A stretch of DNA of 64,000 nucleotides, from the NCBI GenBank assembly GCA_004431415.1, contig QPMI01000524.1, forward strand, positions 186,001-250,000, written 5' to 3'. The position numbers and the translations under genes are program-made. The DNA comes from Cyanophora paradoxa CCMP329 (Eukaryota; Plantae; Glaucophyta). Below, piece by piece: positions 1 through 11,210 of this stretch. Below the pieces are notes generated by a model. The model saw only the letters and a list, made by a program, of their open reading frames with translations, did not search any database and had not been told where the DNA came from. How positions within the stretch are numbered: position 1 is the first letter of the stretch; each line of letters starts with the position of its first letter.

Positions 1-3000
1 TCGCGTGAGGATGCGAGGGCGCGCGGAAAGTTGTGCAGGTCCGTCCAGGATCGAATTTTCGGGGTGGGCTGGGTCCTCGCGGCCCGGCGCACCTGCAAAG
101 CGTGCGGAAAGCTTCTTCTACATCTCAGATGGTTATGCTATTGTTCCGCGCATGCGCCGCGGCGTGGGCGCGCGGAAAGATGTCCGGGGCTGTGCAGGAT
201 CGAATTTTTGCCGTCGGGTACCTTCCTGCGCTGTTCGGCATCCGAAAAGCGGATTTCGGGGGTGCGCAGGCCCTGCTATGTCTATGCGCGCCGGTACGCA
301 TCGATTGCGCGCGTCGCGGGACCGGGCGGGACCGGCCGGATCAAATGTTCGGCCGATTCTTCGGACTGGAGAATCGAGGGCGCCCGAAATCGAGCTTGCG
401 GCGATGCGCTCGCCCTCGCCCGTCATTCTGTATCGTTCTGGGGCGTCCCTGGCGCGATTTCGTCGCGGGACCGGGCGGGACCGGGTCCCACGTCCTGACT
501 TGGACTGCATTTGTCGGAGGTTAAGTACCGGAATTGATTCAGAGGGAAATTCGATTTTCGCGGGACGCCTACGGGAGAGCGGTCGTCTTAGGGGAGCCAC
601 GACGCTAAAAATGGATCTAGAGAGGTTTGTGGGGGTTCGGGTGGGTGTGTTACCAGCAGCAATCGCGTCCGTGTCGAGGCAGAATTAATAATTCTGGCTC
701 GAGGGAGTGCGACACGGAAATTATTTGGCACGGGGGATCTCGAGTGGAAACAAGATCCGTGCTCCTGCGGAGCACTAAGTACGGCGAAGCCTCGCGGACG
801 CCCTCGCGGCTGTCACAGTAGGCCTATAGGGCACTGGCCAGCGGCCTGGCCGATCGCGAACAGCTTTCTGGCTGGATCCGGAAGCTGGCTGGCTGACGGC
901 CAGTACTTGTCCAGCGCTGGCCGGCTAGAGGAATATAACTAGAGGAATATTAATGTACTGAGGAAATAAAGGGATGCCGGAGCAAGTTGAGAGGAGATGA
1001 ATTATATAATATTGTTGAGAGGGAGGCCCGGGAGGGGCGAGATTCTCAAGGCCAGACGCATGCACAGAGCTTGCGAATCGCTTAAACAGAATCTTGAATG
1101 CATATAGCATCGATGTGCGGGGCTGCGGAGGCGAGGGCACGCGGAAAGCTTTGCAGGCCTGGCCAGGATCGAATTTTCGGGGTCGGCTGGATTCTCGCGC
1201 CCTGTCGCATCTTTATGCGCATCTTTAGAGTTCGCGATTCAGCTGGATTCATCTTTTATTTCGGGGTCGGCTGGATTCATGCGCATCTTTAGAGTTCGCG
1301 AAAAGCTTAAGAAAGATCTCAAATTACTAGTGTAGGGATGCGCACGCGTGAGGATGCGAGGGCGCGCGGAAAGCTGTGCAGGTCCGTCCAGGATCGAATT
1401 TTCGGCGTCGGCTGGGTCCTCGCGGCCCGGCACATCTGCAATGCGTGCGGAAGGCTTTGTCTACATCTGAAATGCTTATCATATTGTTCCGCGCATGCGC
1501 CGCGGCGTTGGCGCACGGAAAGATGTCCGGGTCTGTTCAGAATCGATTTTTTGCCGTCGGCTGGGTTCTCGTGCTCTTCCGCGTCTTCAAAGCTTGTGGA
1601 AGGCTTCAATAAAATGTGAAATGAATATTGTAGCGATGCGCATGCGCGAGGATGCGAGGGCGCAAGAACAGGTCTTCAGGTCTGTAGAGGATCGAATTTT
1701 CGGGGTCGGCTGGGTCCTCGTGGCCCGGCGCATTTAGAGACCGTGCAAAAGGCTTCTCCTACATCTCAAATGCTTATGCTATCGATCCGCGCATGCGCCG
1801 CGGCGTCGGCGCGCGGAAAGTTGCCCGGGACTGTGCAGGATCGATTTTTTGCCGTCGGGAGCCTTCCTGCGCTGCTCTGGCTCCGAAAAGCGGATTTCGG
1901 GGGTGCGCAGGCCCTGCTATGTCTATGCGCGCCGGTACGCATCGATTGCGCGCGTCGCGGGACCGGGCGGGACCGGCCGGATCAAATGTTCGGCCGATTC
2001 TTCGGACTGGAGAATCGAGGGCGCCCGAAATCGAGCTTGCGGCGATGCGCTCGCCCTCGCCCGTCATTCTGTATCGTTCTGGGGCGTCCCTGGCGCGATT
2101 TCGTCGCGGGACCGGGCGGGACCGGGTCCCACCTTCTGACTCGGACTGTGTTTGTCGGGGGTTAAGTACCGGAATTGATCCAGAGGGAAATTCGATTTTC
2201 GCGCGACGCCCACGGGGGAGCGGTCGTCTTAGGGGAGCCAGGACGCTAAAAATGGATCTAGAGGGGTCTGTGGGGGTTCGGGCAGCTGTGTAATGTCCAT
2301 CAATCGCGTCTGTGTCGAGGCAGAATTAATAATTCTGCCTCGAGGGAGTGTGACACGGAAATTATTTAGCAGGGGGGATCTTGAGTGGAAAAAAAGGTTA
2401 AAAAAGGAATTTCGGTCGGCGGTTTTTGGGTTTGAGACAAGCCCTGGGCCCCTGCGGGTCCCAAACATCGGGCGAAGCCTCTGCCGCCCACCTTGCGCCC
2501 CCCTTGTTCATCACGGCCCGTTGTGGCTGTTGCTGGGTCGGCGGGGGAGGGAGAGGGGAGGGGAGCCCTGCTGAGAGGGAATATTATTGGGCTTGAGAAT
2601 AATATAATGAGGGGAGGAGTAGTGCTGCCAATCAGCTAGTTGTAGTTGAGCTCGAGGCCCTGAGGAAAGTGAGGGGAGAGCGTTGAGGGGAGGGGCCGAG
2701 ATTCTCGCGGCCGGGCGCATGCGCACAGCCTATAAATCGCTTAAACAGATTCTCGGATGCATGCAGGATCGATGTGCAGGGCTGCAGAGACACGGGCGCG
2801 CGGAAATATGTGCAGGTCTGTCCAGGATCGCAATTTTGGCGTCGGCTGGGTTCTCGTGCTCCGTCGCCAACACAGAGCTTGCGGAAGGCTTCTTTTAGAT
2901 CTCAAATGAATACTGTAGCGATGGGCATGGGTGAGGATGCGAGGACGCGCGGAAAGATGCACAGGTCCGTCCGTAAGGCTTCTTCTACATCTTAAATGCA

Positions 3001-6000
3001 TATACTATTGATCCGCGCATGCGCCGCAGCCTGGGCGCGCGGAAAGTTGTCCGGGGCTGTGCAGGATCGAATTTTTGCCGTCGTGCACCTTCCTGCGCTG
3101 TTCCGGCTGCGAAAAGCGGATATCTGGAGTGCGCAGGCCCTGCTATGTCTATGCGCGCCAGTACGCATCGCATGCGCGCGTCGGGGGACCGGCCGGGACC
3201 GGCTGGATCAAAATTTCGACCGAGGTTTTGGACTGGAGCGTCGAGGGCGGCCGAAATCGAGCTTGCCGCGATGGGTCACCGGGTCCGTGGGGAGCTCGAG
3301 GGAGAGGGGAGGGGAGGACTGCTGAGAGGAAATATAATTATGGGAGGAGTTGTCCTGAGAGGAGCTGTCCTTAGAGAATATAATTATGAAAATAGGAGAA
3401 TTGGTGCAGCTGAGAGAGAATATAATGAGGGGAGGAGTGGTGCTGCCAATCAACTAGCAGTAGTTGAGGTCCAGGCCCTGAGGAAATTGACAGGAGATTG
3501 TTGAGGGGACGGGCGAGGTTCTCGCGGCCAGGCGCAGAGCTTATAAATCGCTTAAACAGATTCTCGGATGCATGCAGGGTCGATGTGCAGGGCTGCAGAG
3601 GCAAGGGCGCGCGGAAATATGCGCAGGTCTGTCCAGGATCGAAAATTTGGCGTTGGCTGGGTTCTCGTGCTCTGTCGCGCCCACAGAGCTTGCGGAGGCT
3701 TCGTTTAGATCTCAAATGAATACTGTAGCGATGGGCATGGGTGAGGACGCGAGGGCGCGCGGAAAGATGCACAGGTCTGTCCAGGATCGAATTTTCGGGG
3801 TCGGCTGGGTGCCCGTGGCCCGGCGCATTTAGAGACCGTGCGAAAGGCTTCTTCTACATCTCAAATGCTTATGCTATCGTTCCGCGCATGCGCCGCGGCG
3901 TCGGCGCGCGGAAAGATGCCCGGGGCTGTGGAGGATCGAATTTCTGCTGTCGGGTACCTTCCTGCGCTGTTCCGGCTCCGAAAAGCGGATATCTGGAGTG
4001 CGCAGGCCCTGCTATGTCTATGCGCGCCAGTACGCATCGCATGCTCGCGTCGGGGGACCGGTCGGGACCGGCAGGATCAAAATTTCGGCCGAGTCTCTGG
4101 ACTGGAGCGTCGGCGGCGGCCGAAATCGAGCTTGCAGCGGTGCGCGCGCTCTTGGCTGTCATTCTGAGCGCTGTGGCGCGTCTTCGGCACGCTTTCGTCG
4201 CGGGACCGGGTCCCACTTTTTGGGGTTTCGCGATCGAGCCGGGGGTATAAATACCGGAATTGATCCGTGAGGGAAATTCGATTTTCGCGATGCCCACGGG
4301 AGAGCGATCGAATCGTCTTGGGTAAATTCTAGGGGAGCCATGAGTGCGAAAATAGATCAATGGAGCCGTGTAACTCTGTGTCACTTCGGAGATCGTTCGC
4401 CTTCATTGCGGAGGTTGCGAATCTGGACGCTCGGACCAATCGGAGTCGAGTGGAAAAAAAATAAAATCGGGCGTTCACCATCGACTTACGGACAAGATCC
4501 GTGCTCCTGCGGAGCACTAAGTTCGGCGAAGCCTCGCGGACGCCCTCGCGGCTGTCACAGTACGTGGGCGGCCAGCTGCAGCCCCGCGCACGCGCCCAGC
4601 TGCATGGCCGGGTTTCGCCGGCTTGGCAATGGGCTGGCCCGCTATAGCGAGCTCGAGGGAGAGCTGGCTGGCCAGAGAGCAATGTAATGAGGAGAGGGAA
4701 TATATAATTAATCAGGGGAGGAGTTGGACCGGTAACGCTTGCTTTTAACTGGTGGAGCAGATTGAGAGGAGATTAATTTAATATTAATAAATTGTTGGGG
4801 GGGAGTCCCGGGAGGGGCGAGTTTCTCGCAGCCAGGCGCATGCGCAGATCTAGAGCTCGCGGATCGCTTAAACAGAACCTAGAATGCATATAGCATCAAT
4901 GTGGAGGGCTGCCAGGCTGCGGAGGCGAGGGCGCGCGGAAAGCTGTGCAGGCCCGTTCAGGATCGAATTTTTGCGTCGGCTGCGTTCTCGTGCCCTGTCG
5001 CGCCCACGGAGGTTGCGGAAAGCATTTAAAAGATGTCAAATTAATATAGTAACGATGCGCTCGTGTGAGGATGCGAGGGCGCGCGGAAAGATGTTCAGGT
5101 CCGTACAGGATCGAATTTTCGGGGTCGGCTGGGTCCTCGCGGCCTGGTGCGTTTAGAGACCGTGCGGAAGTCTTCTTCTACCTCTAAAATGCTTATGCTA
5201 TTGTTCCGCGCATGCGCCGCAGCGTGGGCGCGCGGAAAGATGGCCGGGTCCGTGCAGGATCGAATTTTTGCCGTCGGCTGGGTTCTCGTGCTCTTTCGCG
5301 TCTTCGAAGTCTGTGGAAGGCTTTGATAAAATCTCAACTGAATATTGTGGCGATGCGCATGCGCGAGGACGCGAGGGCGCGCGGAAAGATGTGCAGGTCC
5401 GTGAAGGATCGAAATTTCGGGGTCGGCTGGGTCCCCGCGGCCCGGCGCATCTGTAAAGCGTGCGGAATGCTTTGTCTACATCTCAAATGCTTATGCTATC
5501 GTTCCGCGCATGCGCCGCGGCGTGGGCGCGCGGAAAGATCTCCGGGCCTGTCTAGGATCGAATTTTTGCCGTCGGGTACCTTCCTGCGCTCTTCCGGCTC
5601 CGAAAAGCGGATTTCGGGGGTGCGCAGGCGCTGCTATGTTTATGCGCGCCCGTACGCATCGATTGCGCGCGTCGCGGGACCGGCCGGAACCGGCCGGATC
5701 AAATTTTCGGACGACTCTTCGCACTGGAGCGTCGACGGCGCGCGAAATCGGGTTTGCGGCGATGCGCTCGCCCTCGCGCGTCATTCTGTATCGTTCTGGG
5801 GCGTCCCTGGCGCGATTTTGTCGCGGGACCGGGCGGGACCGGGTCCCACCTTCTGACTCGGACTGCGTTTGTCGGAGGTTAAGTATCGGAATTGATCCGG
5901 AATATTCGCGCGACGCCCACGGGAGAGCGGTCGTCTTAGGGGAGCCAGGACGCTAAAAATGGCTGTGTGGGAGTTCGGGCAGCTGTGTAGTCTAGAGCAA

Positions 6001-6110
6001 TCGCCTCCGTGTCGAGGCAGAATTAATAATTCTGCCTCGAGGGAGTGCGACACGGATATTATTTAGCAGGGGGGATCTCGAGTGGAAAAAAAGGTTAAAA
6101 AAGGAATTTG
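1..6110. repeat. Higher-order satellite array: diverged ~150-bp monomers (core GGGCGCGCGGAAAG..CAGGATCGAATTTT..GTCGGCTGGG..GCGGAAGGCTT..ATCTCAAATG) grouped into larger repeated blocks
   Basis: The monomer core recurs at ~17, 167, 1360, 1510, 1660, 1808, 3033, 3753, 3903, 5078, 5226, 5375 and 5524 (~149-150 bp period, alternating A/B types). Block 1-~750 recurs at ~1645-2390 and ~5362-6085. Purine/AT-rich spacer segments lie at ~925-1020, 2570-2690, 3320-3500 and 4680-4800. The overlapping ORFs here are repeat artefacts. Confidence 0.9.
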
Positions 6111-6246
6111 GCTCGTTGGTTTTTGGGTTTGAGAAAGAGGCTTCGCCTGAAGAGGCTTCGCCCGAAAGAGGCTTCGCCTGAAAAAGGTAAAAAAAGGAAT
6201 ATGGGTCGGCGGTTTTTGGGTTTGAGAAAGAGGCTTCGCCTGAAGG
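6086..6246. repeat. Local tandem duplication (~95-bp period) with AAGAGGCTTCGCC triplication at the satellite edge
   Basis: AAAAAGGT.AAAAAAGGAAT..GG.TCG..GGTTTTTGGGTTTGAGAAAGAGGCTTCGCCTGAAG occurs twice; a related copy is at ~2390-2440. Confidence 0.8.
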
Positions 6247-7294
6247 TCTTCCCCCCTTGCTTCCCGTTCCCTCGCTTCAGCCAAAAGTTTTCTATGAGGC
6301 CGTTTTCGAGGTCCAGTATGCAACACCAGAAAAAAATGATGCTTTATTCGCGTTCCGATTGGCTCGTTGGACCGGTCAGCCTTCGACTTTCGAGCGTCAA
6401 AGTCGAGGGGGAAAAGTGGTTTTCGAGCTAGGGGAAAACGAACTTCGAAAATTCTCCTCACTCGATCCGGTCTTCGAATTTCTTGCGCGGTTATGCATGG
6501 AACCAGTTCTCCCTAGCTGTCTCCGGATCCTCTAGATTTCGGCTTCGTCGCAGTGCGCCGCGTACGCCTTGCTCTTACTTGCGCGGTTCTGCATGGAACC
6601 ACTTCGAATTCTCCCTAGCGCTGTCTCCTCTAGATTTCCACTTCCTCGCACTGCGCCGCGTACGCCGCACGGCACTGCGTGCTCTCTTGCTGCGCTCAGC
6701 ACGCGTACGTCTCCGAAATCGAGCTTATACCGCAGAACCGCGTGCGCCGCTGCCCGCAGCCGAGCACGCCGGCCGGGCCGGGCGCTCTTGTTGCGGTCGA
6801 CACTCCGCTGCTCGGCTTCTCGGTTTCGCCGCGGTGCTTGCTTCGGCAGATTGCCCCGCAGCCTTATATATGCCCGCTAGCAGCTTCGCCGAAATGAGAA
6901 AAGCTGTGCTCAAGCGAGGGACGGGAAAAAAGCACCGACAGCACACAAACTGATCCCGGTTCCCCCCTTGCACCCCCGGCGCGAAAATCGCGGCCGGCCC
7001 ACTAGTATGAGACAAAGTCGTTGTGTGCCACGAGGTGGGTTTTGAATATACATGATGCGCTAGTTTAAAAATTATCAAAATAAACAATTTAGACAGAGCC
7101 TTATTACTGCGAATTACATTCGAATGATTCATAGATTATTATAAACCACCTCCAAGAAGTGCTGAAAGCTTAAAGTAGCTTATCTGTACCCTTAAGCTTG
7201 CGGCACAATTTTGTACCCTTGCGGCACAATTCTGTACCCTGAGTGGACCCCCCCTGTTTCTTCTCCCCCCTCCCCCGTAACCGCGCGCGGTTGC

Positions 7295-7422
7295 CTAGTT
7301 GTATGAATTCGCACACACCGAGACAAATGGCTAGAGATATAACTGCGGTGTCCATCTGTGTCAAGTCGAGAGATGAACCTACGGGACTAGGCCTTTCGGA
7401 CATCGGACCGGGTGGAGCTCGG
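7295..7422. mobile_element. Short (128-bp) SINE/MITE-like insertion flanked by a 16-bp direct repeat
   Basis: AACCGCGCGCGGTTGC occurs at 7279-7294 and 7423-7438. Its internal 7349-7420 segment recurs in reverse orientation, with small indels, at ~37615-37699. Confidence 0.6.
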
Positions 7423-8027
7423 AACCGCGCGCGGTTGCGGGCCCCCGTTTAAAAACAAAGACCTGCCACCATCACGCCTTGAAGCCCCAAGGCCCAAGGC
7501 CACTCCTGCTCTGCAGGGACTCCCTTGTTAAATGTTAAGTTAAGGACATGAGCCCGATGGCCGGCAGCGGCGGGGCGCGCGGGGCCAGGCCTATAGCTAG
7601 GGGGACTGGGGTAGCTATAGGGGTTAGGGCGGGGGGCGTGGGGGGGGGGGGGGGGGGGGGCACTGGTAGCCACGAAGTGCTGTCACACCGGTGTGACAGC
7701 TTCGATTTCACACCTTTTGAGCCGATTTCACCCCCTTGTTGTCACCCCCTCTAGGACAACGTCGCCGCGGAGCGCTGTAAGCGCGTATATATGCTATGTT
7801 TTGCATATCTAGATAGAATCCGTTACGAGCCGATGGCCTGCTTGCGTCCCTAGCGAGATCCCGCTGTGTGATTTGCGCGCCCCTGAACGCGGCTCCCAGG
7901 CTGCGCGCGGGCTGCGGAGAGACACCCAAACGTCATCATAGATCATTACGACACAAAAGCTCACATAAGCTAGCGACGGTCGCTGCCCCCGGGGTGACGA
8001 CTTCGATTTCACACCTTTGAAGTCGAT

Positions 8028-8377
8028 TGCGGTGCGGGGCGAGCGCAGCGACGTCGCCGGGCCGGCTAAGTGGCTAAAGCCTTCTATCTAGCTGTGCGGT
8101 GCACGTAGATGTGCGGGTGAAGCGCTGGGAGTCGCTGGCCGATCGCTGACGCCAAGATAGGCGTGCCGTACCCCCCCCCCGCGTCGCCCCCCCAAGAGGA
8201 AACTCGGGGGTGTGACTTCGGGGGTGTGACTTCGGGGGAGTGACGTGGGCGCTCGCTCTCTAGCGTAGGACGCTCTAGATCTATAGCTAGAACTAGATCT
8301 CTAGCGTACCATGAGCGCTAGCATGTGCATACGCCAGCCGACCAGCCACAACGAGAGCCTGCAGCTGCGCCCCGGTC
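8028..8377 (+). repeat. Dispersed ~350-bp repeat R1, copy 1
   Basis: Near-identical to 10669-11017. Contains tandem GGGGGTGTGACTTC units and CTAG-rich palindromes. Confidence 0.95.
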
Positions 8378-9485
8378 CATCGGGGTCCGGCGGGAGCACG
8401 GCCACGTGCACGGTCGGCGCGCGTGCAGCGGGACATCGATATCGATATCATTGACTTGACCGGCGACAGCGACAGCGACAGCGACCGCTTCTTCTTTCCT
8501 CCGCCCGCCGCCGCATGCGCAGCTCATCAACGCGAACCTGACAAGCTCGAGATAAAGCAGCACCCGGCCGGCGGCCCCCGATCCTGATCCTCCGCCCGCT
8601 CAGATCACATGTCATAGCTATAGTACTCGTGTGGCGTAGCACCTCCATATGCACGTGGCACCTGTAACATGCTTCGCTTTGATTTCTGGCCGGTGTTTGA
8701 GCCCGAGGCGGGTCTGCGCATGCTGCTACCAAGGAATGGGTATGGCCGTACGGGGTGGGGGACGTCGACTCTGTTTGGGGGCATGTAGTAATGCTTCAAG
8801 TTTCCCCCGTGAAATGGCAGTTTTGTGCTTCCTCGGTGCCAGGCTGCTACATATCAGGGTCTAGCTGCTCATGATTAGGGCCTGCCTTTTAACGTTGTTG
8901 TGTGATATTGCCCAGTACTAGTGGGATCATACTACTGATAGCCCTAGCCTATATATATGTAGATAGCAGCAGCAGGGAACCAGCGCGGAACCAGCGGAAA
9001 CAGAACAGCTGCAGAAGATGAGTTGCCAGAGAGTGCCAGATTGTGGGATCATACTACTGATAGCCCTAGCCTCTATAGTTAGCAGCAGCAGGGAACCAGC
9101 GGAACCAGCGGAAACAGCACGGAAGATGGGCTGCCAGAGTGCCAGATTGCAGACAAACTTGAAAGGTGACAGATCACAGTTTACACGCTCTGATTTCTTT
9201 CTTTTATTCTTGTCAGTTTTGGATCTTTTTCTTGTCTTTCTTTGTGCTCTTGTCTTAGTTAATTTGCTTCTTTTGTCCTTGTGCCCCCTGGGCAGCCCCC
9301 TCTAAGGACAAGCTTCAGTGCAATATTCGACATATATATATTGCTTCAGTTGTCGCCTGAATTAGGCGAGCCTGGGCCCCGGAACGACCGCGAGGCGGCG
9401 CAGGCGGTCCATGCCGATGGTTATGCCAAGAGCAGCAGCCTCAAGTGGAGAGATGGCGCCGGGAATCGCCCGCAGCCATTCCAGC

Positions 9486-10403
9486 TCACGCTCGATGCCC
9501 GACTTCGCATTCCAGATTGTCTTGCCCACCGCACGTGCCATCGCGAGGCCTGCATCGGCAGTGCCGGCGTTCCACTGCCAGGAGAATCAGCCAAACCACC
9601 TGGCTTGTGGTTGAGCAGAAAAGGCCGGACGGCGTGCTCACGGTCCGGGGCGGGGTCGGGGTTGTCGTCCAGCGAAGTAACTGGGTCACCCGGTGAACGG
9701 CAATGACGTGCTCCTGCGGGAAGCGATCGATCCTGTCGATGATGGCGTCCAGTTCTGCGTCCACCATGGCCGCAATTGCGGCCGAATCGCCGCGCCTTAA
9801 AAGATGGACGGCGTCCTTGGCTTCCTTGCGAGCCTCTGCGAGCTTCTTGCCCAGCTCGCCGCACTCCGACAGGCAGAGAAGCACGTGCTCCTGCGTCAGC
9901 ATCATCACAGAGGGGGCGTGCGCGAGGCTCCCGAACCCGCTCTGCACCAAGAAGCCGCTTTCGAGGGCGCGGAGGGGGGTCGACGAGTCGAGGCGGCTCT
10001 CCTCACCGCACGCTGGGCAGACGCCGCGGGCGAGCTGCGCCAGGAGCGCAGCGTCGAGTACGCTTGGGCCGGTCGGCGGGTGCAGCACAGACGCGGGAAC
10101 CGGCGGACCCGGGCCTATTGCTGGGCGCGGCGGGGCGCCGGTGGCGACGCCCGTGCCCGCGCCGGGCGGCGGCGGTGAGGCCAACGGGGGAGACACGGAG
10201 GGGGCGGGCATGGGGGGGGAGCGGGAGCTGGCCGTGGCCGCGGGCCGGCCACTGCTGCCTGCTGCCACTGCGGCCGGCGGTGGTCCTTTCTTCTTAAGCC
10301 ATCGGCCACGTGCACCGCGCCCCGGCGTCCGCCACCCGCCACTCTCTTGATCCCGGTCGGCAGCCGTGCGTGCCTGCATGTACAGGTAGAGTGGAGTCCG
10401 CAT
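9486..10403 (-). CDS. Hypothetical protein (Pro-rich N-terminal part, CxxC, predicted helical/coiled-coil segment); exon structure uncertain
   Basis: 305-aa ORF with a protein-like segment VCPACGEE...LSECGELGKKLAEARKEAKDAVHLL...AIIDRIDRFPQEHVIAVHRV. No family recognised. Confidence 0.45.
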   Translation of the reverse strand: MRTPLYLYMQARTAADRDQESGGWRTPGRGARGRWLKKKGPPPAAVAAGSSGRPAATASSRSPPMPAPSVSPPLASPPPPGAGTGVATGAPPRPAIGPGPPVPASVLHPPTGPSVLDAALLAQLARGVCPACGEESRLDSSTPLRALESGFLVQSGFGSLAHAPSVMMLTQEHVLLCLSECGELGKKLAEARKEAKDAVHLLRRGDSAAIAAMVDAELDAIIDRIDRFPQEHVIAVHRVTQLLRWTTTPTPPRTVSTPSGLFCSTTSQVVWLILLAVERRHCRCRPRDGTCGGQDNLECEVGHRA

Positions 10404-10668
10404 ATGCAGGTCTGCGCATAGAGCACGCCGCCCCTAGGCGTTCAGCGCGCACCTCGGCCGGCGCCGCGGCGATAAGGAGCGCTTGCTCCTCGTTCCGCTT
10501 CACACCGTTCCAATACGTAAGCTCAAGCGACTGCCTCTGCGTCTGCCGGACTCGGGTAAGGTTCTGCTCATGCGGCTCGGGCGGAGAGCCGGTCCCACCA
10601 GTGCGAGATATGCCTCGTTGTACGACATCGATATCGGAGATTTGCGAGGAAGTCTATTCGGAAGCCGG

Positions 10669-11017
10669 TGCGGTGCGGGGCGAGCGCAGCGACGTCGCCG
10701 GGCCGGCTAAGTGGCTAAAGCGTTCTATCTAGCTGTGCGGTGCACGTAGATGTGCAGGTGAAGCGCTGGGAGTCGCTGGCCGATCGCTGACGCCAAGATA
10801 GGCGTGCCGTACCCCCCCCCGCGTCGCCCCCCCAAGAGGAAACTCGGGGGTGTGACTTCGGGGGTGTGACTTCGGGGGAGTGACGTGGGCGCTCGCTCTC
10901 TAGCGTAGGACGCTCTAGATCTATAGCTAGAACTAGATCTCTAGCGTACCATGAGCGCTAGCATGTGCATACGCCAGCCGACCAGCCACAACGAGAGCCT
11001 GCAGCTGCGCCCCGGTC
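10669..11017 (+). repeat. Repeat R1, copy 2
   Basis: Direct repeat of 8028-8377 with only a few differences. Confidence 0.95.
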
Positions 11018-11210
11018 ATGATCATGGTCTAGCTATAGTAACCAGCGGAACCAGCGGAACCAGCGGAACCAGCGGAACCAGCACGGTATTCGAAGATGTG
11101 GCTGCTTGTTGTTCAGAACAAAATTGAAAGATACCAAAAACAGTCACATGTACATGTACATATGCATGTCGACGTCATGATAGAACTATTATTATTAGAG
11201 CATGTCTGCT

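Noticed and set aside
1-6110. CRISPR-like repeat/spacer array
   Set aside because: Monomers are long, degenerate and contiguous with no unique spacers; the context is eukaryotic and there are no cas genes.
1-6461. Dozens of overlapping 60-227 aa ORFs
   Set aside because: They are translations of GC-rich satellite monomers in all frames, with no domain signal.
8028-11017. R1 copies as LTRs of an LTR retrotransposon
   Set aside because: No TG..CA ends, PBS, PPT or TSD recognised; no gag-pol between them; a third copy exists.
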